Assembly (NCBI RefSeq): GCF_009914755.1
Contig: NC_060937.1
Source: the human T2T-CHM13v2.0 reference genome, Homo sapiens
Strand: one strand, 5' to 3'
DNA: 64,000 bases
Shown here: positions 30,401-45,900 of the stretch, piece by piece
Layout: the number at the start of each line of letters is the position of its first letter
How positions within the stretch are numbered: position 1 is the stretch's first letter
Notes under the pieces: model-generated
Told to the model about the DNA's origin: nothing
The model's database searches: none
What the model saw: the letters and a program-made list of their open reading frames with translations, nothing else
Program-made: the position numbers and the translations under genes

Positions 30401-31905
30401 AAAGTACCCAAACTATACATTATATACTGTACATAAAATATGAAATTACATCAAATATATATTACATTAGGTACATAAAATGTGAAAGTACATCAAATAT
30501 AGATTATATACTGTACATAAAATATCAAAGTACCCCAAATATATATTATATAGTGTACATGAAATATCAAAGTTCACAAACTATATATTATATACTGTAC
30601 ATAAAATATCAAAGTACCCAAGGTATATATTCTATACTGTACAAAAAATATGAAAGTACCCAAAGCATGTATTATATACTGTACATAAAATATGAAAGTA
30701 TATCAAATAAATATTTTATTCTGTACATAAAATATCAAAGTACACCAAATATATATTCTATAGTGTACATAAGATATCAAAGTACCCAAACTATATATTA
30801 TATACTGTACATAAAGTATGAAATTACATCAAATATATATTATATTAGGTACATAAAATATGAAAGTACATCAAATATAAATTATATACTGTACATAAAG
30901 TACCAAATACCCCAAATATATATTATATACTCTACATGAAATATCAAAGTTCACAAACTATATATTATATACTGTACATAAAATATCAAAGTACCCAAGG
31001 TATATATTCTATACTCTACAAAAAATATCAAAGTACCCAAAGCATGTATTATATACGGTACATAAAATATGAAAGTACATCAAATATATATTTAATTCTG
31101 TACATAAAATATCAAAGTACACCAAATATATATTCTATAGTGTACATAAAATATCAAAGTACCCAAACTATACATTATATACTGTACATAAAATATGAAA
31201 TTACATCAAATATATATTATATTAGGTACATAAAATATGAAAGTACATCAAATATAGATTATATACTGTACATAAAATACCAAAGTACCCCAAATACATA
31301 TTATATACTGTACATGAAATATCAAAGTTCACAAACTATATATTATATACTGTACATAAAATATCAAAGTACCCAAGGTATATATTCTATACTGTACAAA
31401 AAATATCAAAGTACCCAAAGCAAGTATTATATACTGTACATAAAATATGAAAGTACATCAAACATATATTTTATTCTGTACATAAAATATCAAAGTACAC
31501 CAAATATATATTCTATAGTGTACATAAAATATCAAAGTACCCAAAGTATACATTATATACTGTACATAAAATATGAAATTACATCAAATATATATTACAT
31601 TAGGTACATAAAATATGAAAGTACATCAAATATAGATTATATACTGTACATAAAATATCAAAGTACCCCAAATATATATTATATACTGTACATGAAATAT
31701 CAAAGTTCACAAACTATATATTATATACTGTACATAAAATATCAAAGTACCCAAGGTATATATTCTATACTGTACAAAATATATCAAAGTACCCAAAGCA
31801 TGTATTATATACTGTACATAAAATATGAAAGTACATCAAATAAATAGTTTATTCTGTACATAAAATATCAAAGTACACCAAATATATATTCTATAGTGTA
31901 CATAA
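24300..31905. repeat. Near-identical tandem duplication, 3778-bp period (10 nonamers)
   Basis: ORF pairs 24340/28118, 25473/29251, 26229/30007, 26607/30385, 27158/30936 with identical or near-identical translations. Confidence 0.93.
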
Positions 31906-34900
31906 AATATCTAAGTACCCAAAGTATACATTATATACTGTACATAAAATATGAAATTACATCAAATATATATTACATTAGGTACATAAAATATGAAAGT
32001 ACATCAAATATAGATTATATACTGTGCATAAAATATGAAAGTACCCCAAATATATATTATATACTGTACATGAAATATCAAAGTTCACAAACTATATATT
32101 ATATACTGTACATAAAATATCAAAGTACCCAAGGTATATATTCTATACTGTACAAAAAATATCAAAGTACGCAAAGCATGTATTATATACTGTACATAAA
32201 ATATGAAAGTACATCAAATATATATTTTATTCTGTACATAAAATATCAAAGTACACCAAATATATATTCTATAGTGTACATAAAATATCAAAGTACCCAA
32301 ACCATACATTATATACTGTACATAAAATATGAAATTACATCAAATATATATTATAATAGGTACATAAAATATGAAAGTACATCAAATATAAATTATATAC
32401 TGTACATAAAATACCAAAGAACCCCATATATATATTATATACTGTACATGAAATATCAAAGTTCACAAACTATATATTATATACTGTATATAAAATATCA
32501 AAGTACCCAAGGTATATATTCTATACTGTACAAAAAATATCAAAGTACCCAAAGCATGTATTATATACTGTTCATAAAATATGAAAGTACATCAAATATA
32601 TATTTTATTCTGTACATAAAATATCAAAGTACACCAAATATATATTCTATAGTGTACATTAAATATCAAAGTACCCAAACTATACATTATATACTGTACA
32701 TAAAATATGAAATTACATCAAATATATATTTTATTAGGTACATAAAATATGAAAGTACATCAAATATAGATTATATACTGTACATAAAATACCAAAGTAC
32801 CCCAAATACATATTATATACTGTACATGAAATATCAAACTTCACAAACTATATATTATATACTGTACATAAAATATCAAAGTACCGAAAATATATATTCT
32901 ATACTGTAAAAAAATATCAAAGTACCCAAAGCATGTATTATATACTGTACATAAAATATGAAAGTATATCAAATATATATTTTATTCTGTACATAAAATA
33001 TCAAAGTACACCAAATATATATTCTATAGTGTACAAAAAATATCAAAGTACCCAAACTATACATTACATACTGTACATAAAATATGAAATTACATCAAAT
33101 ATATATTATATTAGGTACATAAAATATGAAAGTACATCAAATATAAATTATATACAGTACATAAAATACCAAAGAACCCCAAATATATATTATGTACTCT
33201 ACATGAAATATCAAAGTTCACAAACTATATATTATATACTGCACATAAAACATCAAAGTACCCAAGGTATATATTCTATACTCTACAAAAAATATCAAAG
33301 TACCCAAAGCATGTATTATATACTGTACATAAAATATGAAAGTACATCAAATATACATTTAATTCTGTACATAAAATATCAAAGTACACCAAATATATAT
33401 TCTTTAGAGTACATAAAATATCAAAGTACCCAAACTATACATTATATACTGTACATAAAATATGAAATTACATCAAATATATATTACATTAGGTACATAA
33501 AATATGAAAGTACATCAAATGTAGATTATATACGGTACATAAAATACCAAAGTACACCAAATATATGTTATATACTGTACATGCAATATCAAATTTCACA
33601 AACTATATATTATATACTGTACATGAAATATCAAAGTACTCAAGTTATATATTCTATACTGTACAAAAAATATCAAAGTACCCAAAGCATGTATTATATA
33701 CTGTACATAAAATATGAAAGTACATGAAATATATATTTTATACTGTACATAAAATATCAAAGTACACCAAATATATATTCTATAGTGTACATAAAATATC
33801 AAAGTACCCAAACTATACCTTATATACTGTACATAAAATATGAAATTACATCAAATATATATTATATTAGGTACATAAAATATGAAAGTACATCAAATAT
33901 AGATTATATAGTGTACATAAAATACCAAAGTACCCCAAATATATATTTTATACTGTACATGAAATATCAAAGTTCACAAACTATATATTATATACTGTAC
34001 ATAAAATATCAAAGTACCCAAGGTATATATTCTATACTGTACAAAAAATATCAAAGTACCCAAACATGTATTATATACTGTACATGAAATATGAAAGTAC
34101 ATCAAATATATATTTTATTCTGTACATAAAATATCAAAGTACACCAAATATATATTCTATAGTGTACATAAAATATCAAAGTACCCAAAGTATACCTTAT
34201 ATACTGTACATAAAATATGAAATTACATCAAATATATATTATATTAGGAACATAAAATATGAAAGTACATGAAATATATATTATATACTGTACATAAAAT
34301 ACCAAAGTACCCCAAATACATATTATATACTGTACATGAAATATCAAAGTTCACAAACTATCCATTATATACTGTACATAAAATATCAAGGTACCAAAAG
34401 TATATATTCTATTCTGTACAACAAATATCAAAGTACCCAAAGCATGTATTATATACTGTACATAAAATATGAAAGTACATCAAATATATATTTTATTCTG
34501 TACATAAAATATCAAAGTACACCAAATATATATTCTATAGTGTACATAAAATATCAAATTACCCAAACTATACATTATATACTGTCCTTAAAATATGAAA
34601 TTAAATCAAATATATATTATATTAGGTACATAAAATATGAAAGTACATCAAATATTAATTATATACTGTACATAAAATACCAAAATACCCCAAATATATA
34701 TTATATACTGTACATGAAATATAAAAGTTCACAAACTATATATTATATACTGTACATAAAATATCAAAGTACCCAAGGTGTATATTCTATACTCTACAAA
34801 AAATATCAAAGTACCCAAAGCATGTATTATATACTGTACATAAAATATGAATGTACATCAAATATATATTTAATTCTGTACATAAAATATCAAAGTACAC

Positions 34901-37900
34901 CAAATATTTATTCTATAGTGTACATAAAATATCAAACTACCCAAACTATACATTATATACTGTACATAAAATATGAAATTACATCAAATATATATTATAT
35001 TATGTACATAAAATATGAAAGTACATCAAATATAGATTATATACTGTACATAAAATACCAAAGTACACCAAATATATATTTTATACTGTACATGCAATAT
35101 CAAAGTTCACAAACTATATATTATATACTGTACATAAAATATCAAAGTACCCAAGGTATATATTCTATACTGTGCAAAAAATATCAAAGTACCCAAAGCA
35201 TGTATTATATAGTGTACATAAAATATGAAAGTACATCAAATATATATTTTATTCTGTACATAAAATATGAAAGTACACTAAATATATATTCTATAGTGTA
35301 CATAAAATATCAAAGTACCCAAACTATACATTATATACTGTACATAAAATATGAAATTACATCAAATATATATTATATTAGGTACATAAAATATGAAAGC
35401 ACATCAAATATAGATTATATACTGTACATAAAATACCAAAGTACCCCAAATACATATTATATACTGTACATGAAATATCAAAGTTCACAAACTATATATT
35501 ATATACTGTACATAAAATATCAAAGTACCCAAGGTATATATTCTATAATGTACATAAAATATCAAAGTACCCAAAGTATACATTATATACATTACATAAA
35601 ATATGAAATTAAATCAAATATATATTATATTATGTACATAAAATATGAAAGTACATCAAATATTAATTAAATACTGTACATAAAATACCAAAGAACCCCA
35701 AATATATATTATATACTGTACATGAAATATCAATGTTCACAAACTATATATTATATACTGTACATAAAATATCAAAGTACTGAAGGTATATATTCTATAC
35801 TCTACAAAAAATATCAAAGTACCCAAAGCATGTATTATATACTGTTCATAAAATATGAAAGTACATCAAATATATATTTAGTTCTGTACATAAAATATCA
35901 AAGTACACCAAATATATATTCTATAGTGTACATAAAATATCAATGTAGCCAAACTATACATTATATACTGTACATAAAATATGAAATTACATCAAATATA
36001 TATTATATTATGTACATAAAATATGAAACTACATCAAATATAGATTATATACTGTACATAAAATACCAAAGTACACCAAATATATATTTTATACTGTACA
36101 TGCAATATCAAAGTTCACAAACTATATATTATATACTGTACATAAAATATCAAAGTACCCAAAGTATATATTCTATACTGTGCAAAAAATATCAAAGTAC
36201 CCAAAGCATGTATTATATACTGTACATAAAATATGAAAGTACATCAAATATATATTTTATTCTGTACATAAAATATCAAAGTACACTAAATATATATTCT
36301 ATAGTGTACATAAAATATCAAAGTACCCAAACTATACATTATATACTGTACATAAAATATGAAATTACATCAAATATATATTATATTAGGTACAAAAAAT
36401 ATGAAAGTACATCAAATATAGATTATATACTGTACATAAAATACCAAAGTACCCCAAATACATATTATATACTGTACATGAAATATCAAAGTTCACAAAC
36501 TATATATTATATACTGTACATAAAATATCAAAGTACCCAAGGTATATATTCTATACTGTTCAAAAAATATCAAAGTTCCCAAAGCAAGTATTATATACTG
36601 TACATAAAATATGAAAGTACATCAAATATATATTTTATTCTGTAAATAAAATATCAAAGTACACCAAATATATATTCTATAGTGTACATAAAATATCAAA
36701 GTACCCAAACTATACATTATATACTGTACATAAAATATGAAATTACATCAAATATATATTATATTAGGTACTTAAAATATGAAAGTACATCAAATATAAA
36801 TTATATACTGTACATAAAATACCAAAGTACCCCAAATATATATTATATACTGTACATGCAATATCAAAGTTCACAAACTATATATCATATACTGTACATA
36901 AAATATCAAAGTACCGAAGGTATATATTCTATAGTGTACAAAAAATATGAAAGTACGCAAAGCATGTATTATATACTGTACATAAAATATGAAAGTACAT
37001 CAAATATATATTTTATTCTGTACATAAAATATCAAAGTACACCAAATATATATTCTATAGTGTACATAAAATATCAAAGTACCCAAACTATACATTATAT
37101 ACAGTACATAAAATATGAAATTACATCCAATATATATAATAATAGGTACATAAAATATGAAAGTACATCAAATATAAATTATATACTGTACATAAAATAC
37201 CAAAGAACCCCAAATATATATTATATACTGTACATGAAATATCAATGTTCACAAACTATATATTATATACTGTATATAAAATATCAAAGTACTGAAGGTA
37301 TATATTCTATACTGTACAAAAAATATCAAAGTACCCAAAGCATGTATTATATACTGTTCATAAAATATGAAAGTACATCAAATATATATTTTATTCTGTA
37401 CATAAAATATCAAAGTACACCAAATATATATTCTATAGTGTACATAAAATATCAAAGTACCCAAACTATACATTATAAACTGTACATAAAATATGAAATT
37501 ACATCAAATATATACTATATTATGTACATAAAATATGAAAGTACATCTAATATAGATTATATACTGTACATAAAATACCATAGTACCCCAAATAAATATT
37601 TTATACTGTACATGCAATATCAAAGTTCACAAACTATATATTATATACTGTACATAAAATATCAAAGTATAGAAGGTATATATTCTATACTGTACAAAAA
37701 ATATCAAAGTACCCAAAGCATGTATTATATACTGTACATAAAATAGGAAAGTACATCAAATATATATTTTATTCTGTACATAAAATATCAAAGTACACCA
37801 AATATATATTCTATAGTGTACATAAAATATGAAAGTACCCAAACTATACATTATATACTGTACATAAAATATGAAATTACATCAAATATATATTATATTA

Positions 37901-40900
37901 GGTACATAAAATATGAAAGTACATCAAATATAAATTATATACAGTACATAAAATACCAAAGTACCCCAAATATATATTATATACTGTACATGCAATATCA
38001 AAGTTCACAAACTATATATCATATACTGTACATAAAATATCAAAGTACCGAAGGTATATATTCTATACTGTACAAAAAATATCAAAGTACGCAAAGCATG
38101 TATTATATACTGTACATAAAGTATGAAAGTACATCAAATATATATTTTATTCTGTACATAAAATATGAAAGTACACCAAATATATATTCTATAGTGTACA
38201 TAAAATATCAAAGTACCCAAACTATATATTATATACTGTACATAAAATATGAAACTACATCAAATATATATTATAATAGGTACATAAAATATGAAAGTAC
38301 ATCAAATATTAATTATATACTGTACATAAAATACCAAAGAACACCAAATATATATTATATACTGTACATGAAATATCAAAGTTCACAAACTATATATTAT
38401 ATACTGTATATAAAATATCAAAGTACCCAAGGTATATATTCTGTACTGTATAAAAAATATCAAAGTACCCAAAGCATGTATTATATACTGTTCATAAAAT
38501 ATGAAAGTTCATCAAATATATATTTTATTCTGTACATAAAATATCAAAGTACACCAAATATATATTCTATAGTGTACATAAAATATCAAAGTACCCAAAC
38601 CATACATTATATACTGTACATAAAATATGAAATTACATCAAATATATATTATATTAGGTACATAAAATATGAAAGTACATCAAATATAGATTATATAGTG
38701 TACATAAAATACCAAAGTACCCAAATATATATTATATACTGTACATGAAATATCAAAGTTCACAAACTATATATTATATACTGTACATAAAATATCAAGG
38801 TACCCAAGGTATATATTCTATACTCTACAAAAAATGTCAAAGTACCCAAAGCATGTATTATATACGGTACATAAAATATGAAAGTACATCAAATATATAT
38901 TTAATTCTGTACATAAAATATCAAAGAACACCAAATATATATTCTATAGTGTACATAAAATATCAAAGTACCCAAACTATACATTATATACTGTACATAA
39001 AATATGAAATTACGTCAAATATATATTATATTATGGACATAAAATATGAAAGTACATCAAATATAGATTATATACTGTACATAAAATACCAAAGTACACC
39101 AAATATATATTTTATACTGTACATGAAATATCAAAGTTCACAAACTATGTATTATATACTGTAGATAAAATATCAAAGTACCCAAGGTATGTATTCTATA
39201 CTGTACAAAAAATATCAAAGTACCCAAAGCATGTATTATATACTGTACATAAAATATGAACGTACATCAAATATAGATTATATACTGTACATAAAATACC
39301 AAAGTACCCCAAATACATATTATATTCTGTACATGAAATATCAAAGTTCACAAACTATATATTATATACTGTACATAAAATATCAAAGTACCCAAGGTAT
39401 ATATTCTATAATGTAGAAAAAATATCAAAGCACCCAAAGCAAGTATTATATACTGTACATAAAATATGAAAGTACATCAAATATATATTTTATTCTGTAC
39501 ATAAAATATCAAAGTACACCAAATATATATTCTATAGTGTACATAAAATATCAAAGTACCCAAACTATACATTATATACTGTACATAAAATTTGAAATTA
39601 CATCAAATATATATTATATTAGGTACTTAAAATATGAAAGTACATCAAATATAAATTATATACTGTACATAAAATACCAAAGTACCCCAAATATATATTA
39701 TATACTGTACATGCAATATCAAAGTTCACAAACTATATATCATATACTGTACATAAAATATCAAAGTACCCAAGGTATATATTCTATAGTGTACAAAAAA
39801 TATGAAAGTACGCAAAGCATGTATTATATACTGTACATAAAATATGAAAGTACATCAAATATATATTTTATTCTGTACATAAAATATCAAAGTACACCAA
39901 ATATATATTCTATAGTGTACATAAAATATCAAAGTACCCAAACTATACATTATGTACAGTACATAAAATATGAAATGAAATCAAATATATATTATATTAG
40001 GTACATAAAATATGAAAGTACGTCAAATATTAATTATATACTGTACATAAAATACCAAAGAACCCCAAATATATATTATATACTGTACATGAAATATCAA
40101 TGTTCACAAACTATATATTATATACTGTACATAAAATATCAAAGTACTGAAGGTATATATTCTATACTCTACAAAAAATATCAAAGTACCCAAAGCATGT
40201 ATTATATACTGTTCATAAAATATGAAAGTACATCAAATATATATTTAATTCTGTACATAAAATATCAAAGTACACCAAATATGTATTCTATAGTGTACAT
40301 AAAATATCAAAGTACCCAAACTATACATTATAAACTGTACATAAAATATGAAATTACATCAAATATATACTATATTATGTACATAAAATATGAAAGTACA
40401 TCAAATATAGATTATATACTGTACATAAAATACCAAATTAACCCAAATAAATATTTTATACTGTACATGCAATATCAAAGTTCACAAACTATATATTATA
40501 TACTGTACATAAAATATCAAAGTATAGAAGGTATATATTCTATACTGTACAAAAAATATCAAAGTACCCAAAGCATGTATTATATACTGTTCATAAAATA
40601 TGAAACTACATCAAATATATATTTTATTCTGTACATAAAATATCAAAGTACACCAAATATATATTCTATAGTGTACATAAAATATCAAAGTACCCAAACT
40701 CTACATTATAAACTGTACATAAAATATGAAATTACATCAAATATATACTATATTATGTACATAAAATATGAAAGTACATCAAATATAGATTATATACTGT
40801 ACATAAAATACCAAAGTACCCCAAATAAATATTTTATACTGTACATGCAATATCAAAGTTCACAAACTATATATTATATACTGTACATAAAATATCAAAG

Positions 40901-43900
40901 TATAGAAGGTATATATTCTATACTGTACAAAAAATATCAAAGTACCCAAAGCATGTATTATATACTGTACATAAAATAAGAAAGTACATCAAATATATAT
41001 TTTATTCTGTACATAAAATATCAAAGTACACCAAATATATATTCTATAGTGTACATAAAATATGAAAGTACCCTAACTATACATTATATACTGTACATAA
41101 AATATGAAATTACATCAAATATATATTATATTAGGTACATAAAATATGAAAGTACATCAAATATAAATTATATACAGTACATAAAATACCAAAGTACCCC
41201 AAATATATATTATATACTGTACATGCAATATCAAAGTTCACAAACTATATATCATATACTGTACATAAAATATCAAAGTACCGAAGGTATATATTCTATA
41301 CTGTACAAAAAATATCAAAGTACGCAAAGCATGTATTATATACTGTACATAAAATATGAAAGTACATCAAATATATATTTTATTCTGTACATAAAATATC
41401 AAAGTACACCAAATATATATTCTATAGTGTACATAAAATATCAAAGTACCCAAACTATACATTATATACTGTACATAAAATATGAAATTACATCAAATAT
41501 ATATTACAGTAGGTACATAAAATATGAAAGTACATCAAATATAAATTATATACTGTACATAAAATACCAAAGAACCCCAAATATATATTATATACTGTAC
41601 ATGAAATATCAAAGTTCACAAACTATATATTATATACTGTACATAAAATATCAAAATACTCAAGGTATATATTCTATACTGTACAAAAAATATCAAAGTA
41701 CCCAAAGCATGTATTATATACTGTACATAAAATATGAAAGTACATCAAATAAATATTTTATACTGTACATAAAATATCAAAGTACACTAAATATATATTC
41801 TATAGTGTATATAAAATATCAAAGTACCCAAACTATACATTATATACTGTACATAAAATATGAAATTACATCAAATATATATTATATTAGGTACATAAAA
41901 TATGAAAGTACATCAAATATAGATTATATACTGTACATAAAATACCAAAGTACCCCAAATACATATTATATACTGTACATGCAATATCAAAGTTCACAAA
42001 CTATATATTATATACTGTACATAAAATATCAAAGTACCGAAGGTATATATTCTATACTGTACAAAAAATATCAAAGTACCCAAAGCATGTATTATATACT
42101 GTACATAAAATATGAAAGTACATCAAATAAATATTTTATTCTGTACATAAAATATCAAAGTACACCAAATATATATTCTATAGTGTACATAAAATATCAA
42201 AGTACCCAAACTATACATTATAAACTGTACATAAAATATGAAATTACATCAAATATATACTATAATATGTACATAAAATATGAAAGTACATCAAATATAT
42301 ATTTTATTTTGTACATAAAATATCAAAGTACACCAAATATATATTCTATAGTGTACATAAAATATCAAAGTACCCAAACTATACATTATATACTGTACAT
42401 AAAATATGAAATTACATCAAATATATATTATATTAGGTACATAAAATATGAAATTACATCAAATATAAATTATATACAGTACATAAAATACCAAAGTACC
42501 CCAAATATATATTATATACTGTACATGCAATATCAAAGTTCACAAACTATATATCATATACTGTACATAAAATATCAAAGTACCGAAGGTATATATTCTA
42601 TACTGTACAAAAAATATCAAAGTACGCAAAGCATGTATTATATACTGTACATAAATTATGAAAGTACATCAAATATATATTTTATTCTGTACATAAAATA
42701 TCAAAGTACACCAAATATATATTCTATAGTGTACATAAAATATCAAAGTACCCAAACTATACATTATATACTGTACATGAAATATGAAATTACATAAAAT
42801 ATATATTATATTAGGTACATAAAATATGAAAGTACATCAAATATAAATTATATACTGTACATAAAATACCAAAGTACCCCAAATATATATTACATACTGT
42901 ACATGAAATATCAAAGTTCACAAACTATATATTTTATACTGTACATAAAATATCAAAGTACCCAAGGTATATATTCTATACTGTACAAAAAATATAAAAG
43001 TACCCAAAACATGTATCATATACTGTACATAAAATATGAAAGTACATCAAATATATATTTTATTCTGTACATAAAATATCAAAGTCCACCAAATATATAT
43101 TCTATAGTGTACATAAAATATCAAAGTACCCAAACTATACATTTTATACTGTACATAAAATATGAAATTATATCAAATATATATTACATTAGGTACATAA
43201 AATATGAAAGTACATCAAATATAGATTATATACTGTACATAATATATCAAAGTACCCCAAATATATATTATATACTGTACATGAAATATCAAAGTTCACA
43301 AACTATATATTATATACTGTACATAAAATATCAAAGTACCCAAGGTATATATTCTGTACTGTACAAAAAATATCAAAGTACCCAAAGCATGTATTATATA
43401 CTGTACATAAAATATGAAAGTACATCAAATAAATATTTTATTCTGTACATAAAATATCAAAGTACACCAAATATATATTCTACAGTGTACATAAAATATC
43501 AAAGTACTCAAACTATACATTATAAACTGTACATAAAATTTGAAATTACATCAAATATATACTACATTATGTACATAAAATATGAAAGTACATCAAATAT
43601 AGATTATATACTGTACATAAAATACCAAAGTACACCAAATATATATTTTATACTGTACATGCAATATCAAAGTTCACAAACTATATATTATATACTGTAC
43701 ACAAAATATCAAAGTACCGAAGCTATATATTGTATACTGTACAAAAAATATCAAAGTACCCAAAGCATGTATTATATACTGTACATAAAATATGAAAGTA
43801 CATCAAATATATATTTTATTCTGTACATAAAATATCAAAGTACACTAAATATATATTCTATAGTGTACATAAAATATCAAAGTACCCAAACTATACATTA

Positions 43901-45900
43901 TATACTGTACATAAAATATGAAATTACATCAAATATATATTATATTAGGTACATAAAATATGAAAGTACATCAAATATAGATTATATACTGTACATAAAA
44001 TACCAAAGTACCCCAAATACATATTATATACTGTACATTAAATATCAAAGTTCACAAACTATATATTATATACTGTACATAAGATATCAAAGTACCCAAG
44101 GTATATATTCTATACTGTACAAAAAATATCAAAGTACCCAAAGCAAGTATTATGTACTGTACATAAAATATGAAAGTACATCAAATATATATTTTATTCT
44201 GTACATAAAATATCAAAGTACACCAAATATATATTCTATAGTGTACATAAAATATCAAAATACCCAAACTATACAATATATACTGTACATAAAATATGAA
44301 ATTACATCAAATATATATTATATTAGGTACATAAAATATGAAAGTACATCAAATATAAATTATATACTGTACATAAAATACCAAAGAACCCCAAATATAT
44401 ATTATATACTGTACATGAAATATCAAAGTTCACAAACTATATATTATATACTGTACATAAAATATCAAAATACTCAAGGTATATATTCTATACTGTACAA
44501 AAAATATCAAAGTACCCAAAGCATGTATTATATACTGTACATAAAATATGAAAGCACATCAAATAAATATTTTATACTGTACATAAAATATCAAAGTACA
44601 CTAAATATATATTCTATAGTGTATATAAAATATCAAAGTACCCAAACTATACATTATATACTGTACATAAAATATGAAATTACATCAAATATATATTATA
44701 TTAGGTACATAAAATATGAAAGTACATCAAATATAGATTATATACTGTACATAAAATACCAAAGTACCCCAAATACATATTATATACTGTACATGCAATA
44801 TCAAAGTTCACAAACTATATATTATATACTATACATAAAATATCAAAGTACACCAAATATATATTCTATAGTGTACATAAAATATCAAAGTACCCAAAAT
44901 ATACATTATATACAGTACATAAAATATGAAATTACATCAAATATATATAATAATATGTACATAAAACATGAAAGTACATCAAATATAAATTATATACTGT
45001 ACATAAAATACCAAAGAACCCCAAATATATATTATATACTGTACATGAAATATCAAAGTTCACAAACTATATATTATATACTGTACATAAAATATCAAAG
45101 TACTGAAGGTATATATTCTATACTGTACAAAAAATATCAAAGTACCCAAAGCATGTATTATATACGGTACATAAAATATGAATGTACATCAAATATATAT
45201 TTAATTCTGTACATAAAATATCAAAGTACACCAAATATATATTCTATAGTGTACATAAAATATCAAAGTACCCAAACGATACATTATATACTGTACATAA
45301 AATATGAAATTACATCAATTATATATTATATTAGGTACATAAAATATGAAAGTACATCAAATATAGATTGTATACTGTGCATAAAATACCAAAGTATCCC
45401 AAATACATATTATATACTGTACATGAAATATGAAAGTTCACAAACTATATATTATATACTGTACATAAAATATCAAAGTACCCAAGGTATATATTCTATA
45501 CTGTACAAAAAATATCAAAGTACCCAAAGCTTGTATTATATAATGTACATAAAATATGAAAGTACATCATATATAGATTATATACTGTACATAAAATACC
45601 AAAGAACCGCAAATATATATTATATACTGTACATGAAATATCAAAGTTCACAAACTATACATTATATACTGTACATAAAATATCAAAGTACCGAAGCTAT
45701 ATATTCTATACTGTACAAAAAATAGCAAAGTACCCAAAGCATGTATTATATCCTGTAAATAAAATATGAAAGTACATCAAATATATATTTAATTCTGTAC
45801 ATAAAATATCAAAGTACACCAAATATATATTCTATAGTGTACATAAAATATCAAAGTACCCAAACTATACATTATATACTGTACATAAAATATGAAATTA

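Larger units (their letters stand above)
17641..45900. repeat. Domain 2: canonical 378-bp 9-mer HOR (ABCDEFGHI)
   Basis: 126-aa period in long ORFs (e.g. 27158..28069, 41049..42797); diagnostic TATTCTATAC (B), GCATGTATTATATACTG (C), TTCTATAGTGTAC (E) replace the domain-1 variants. Confidence 0.92.
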
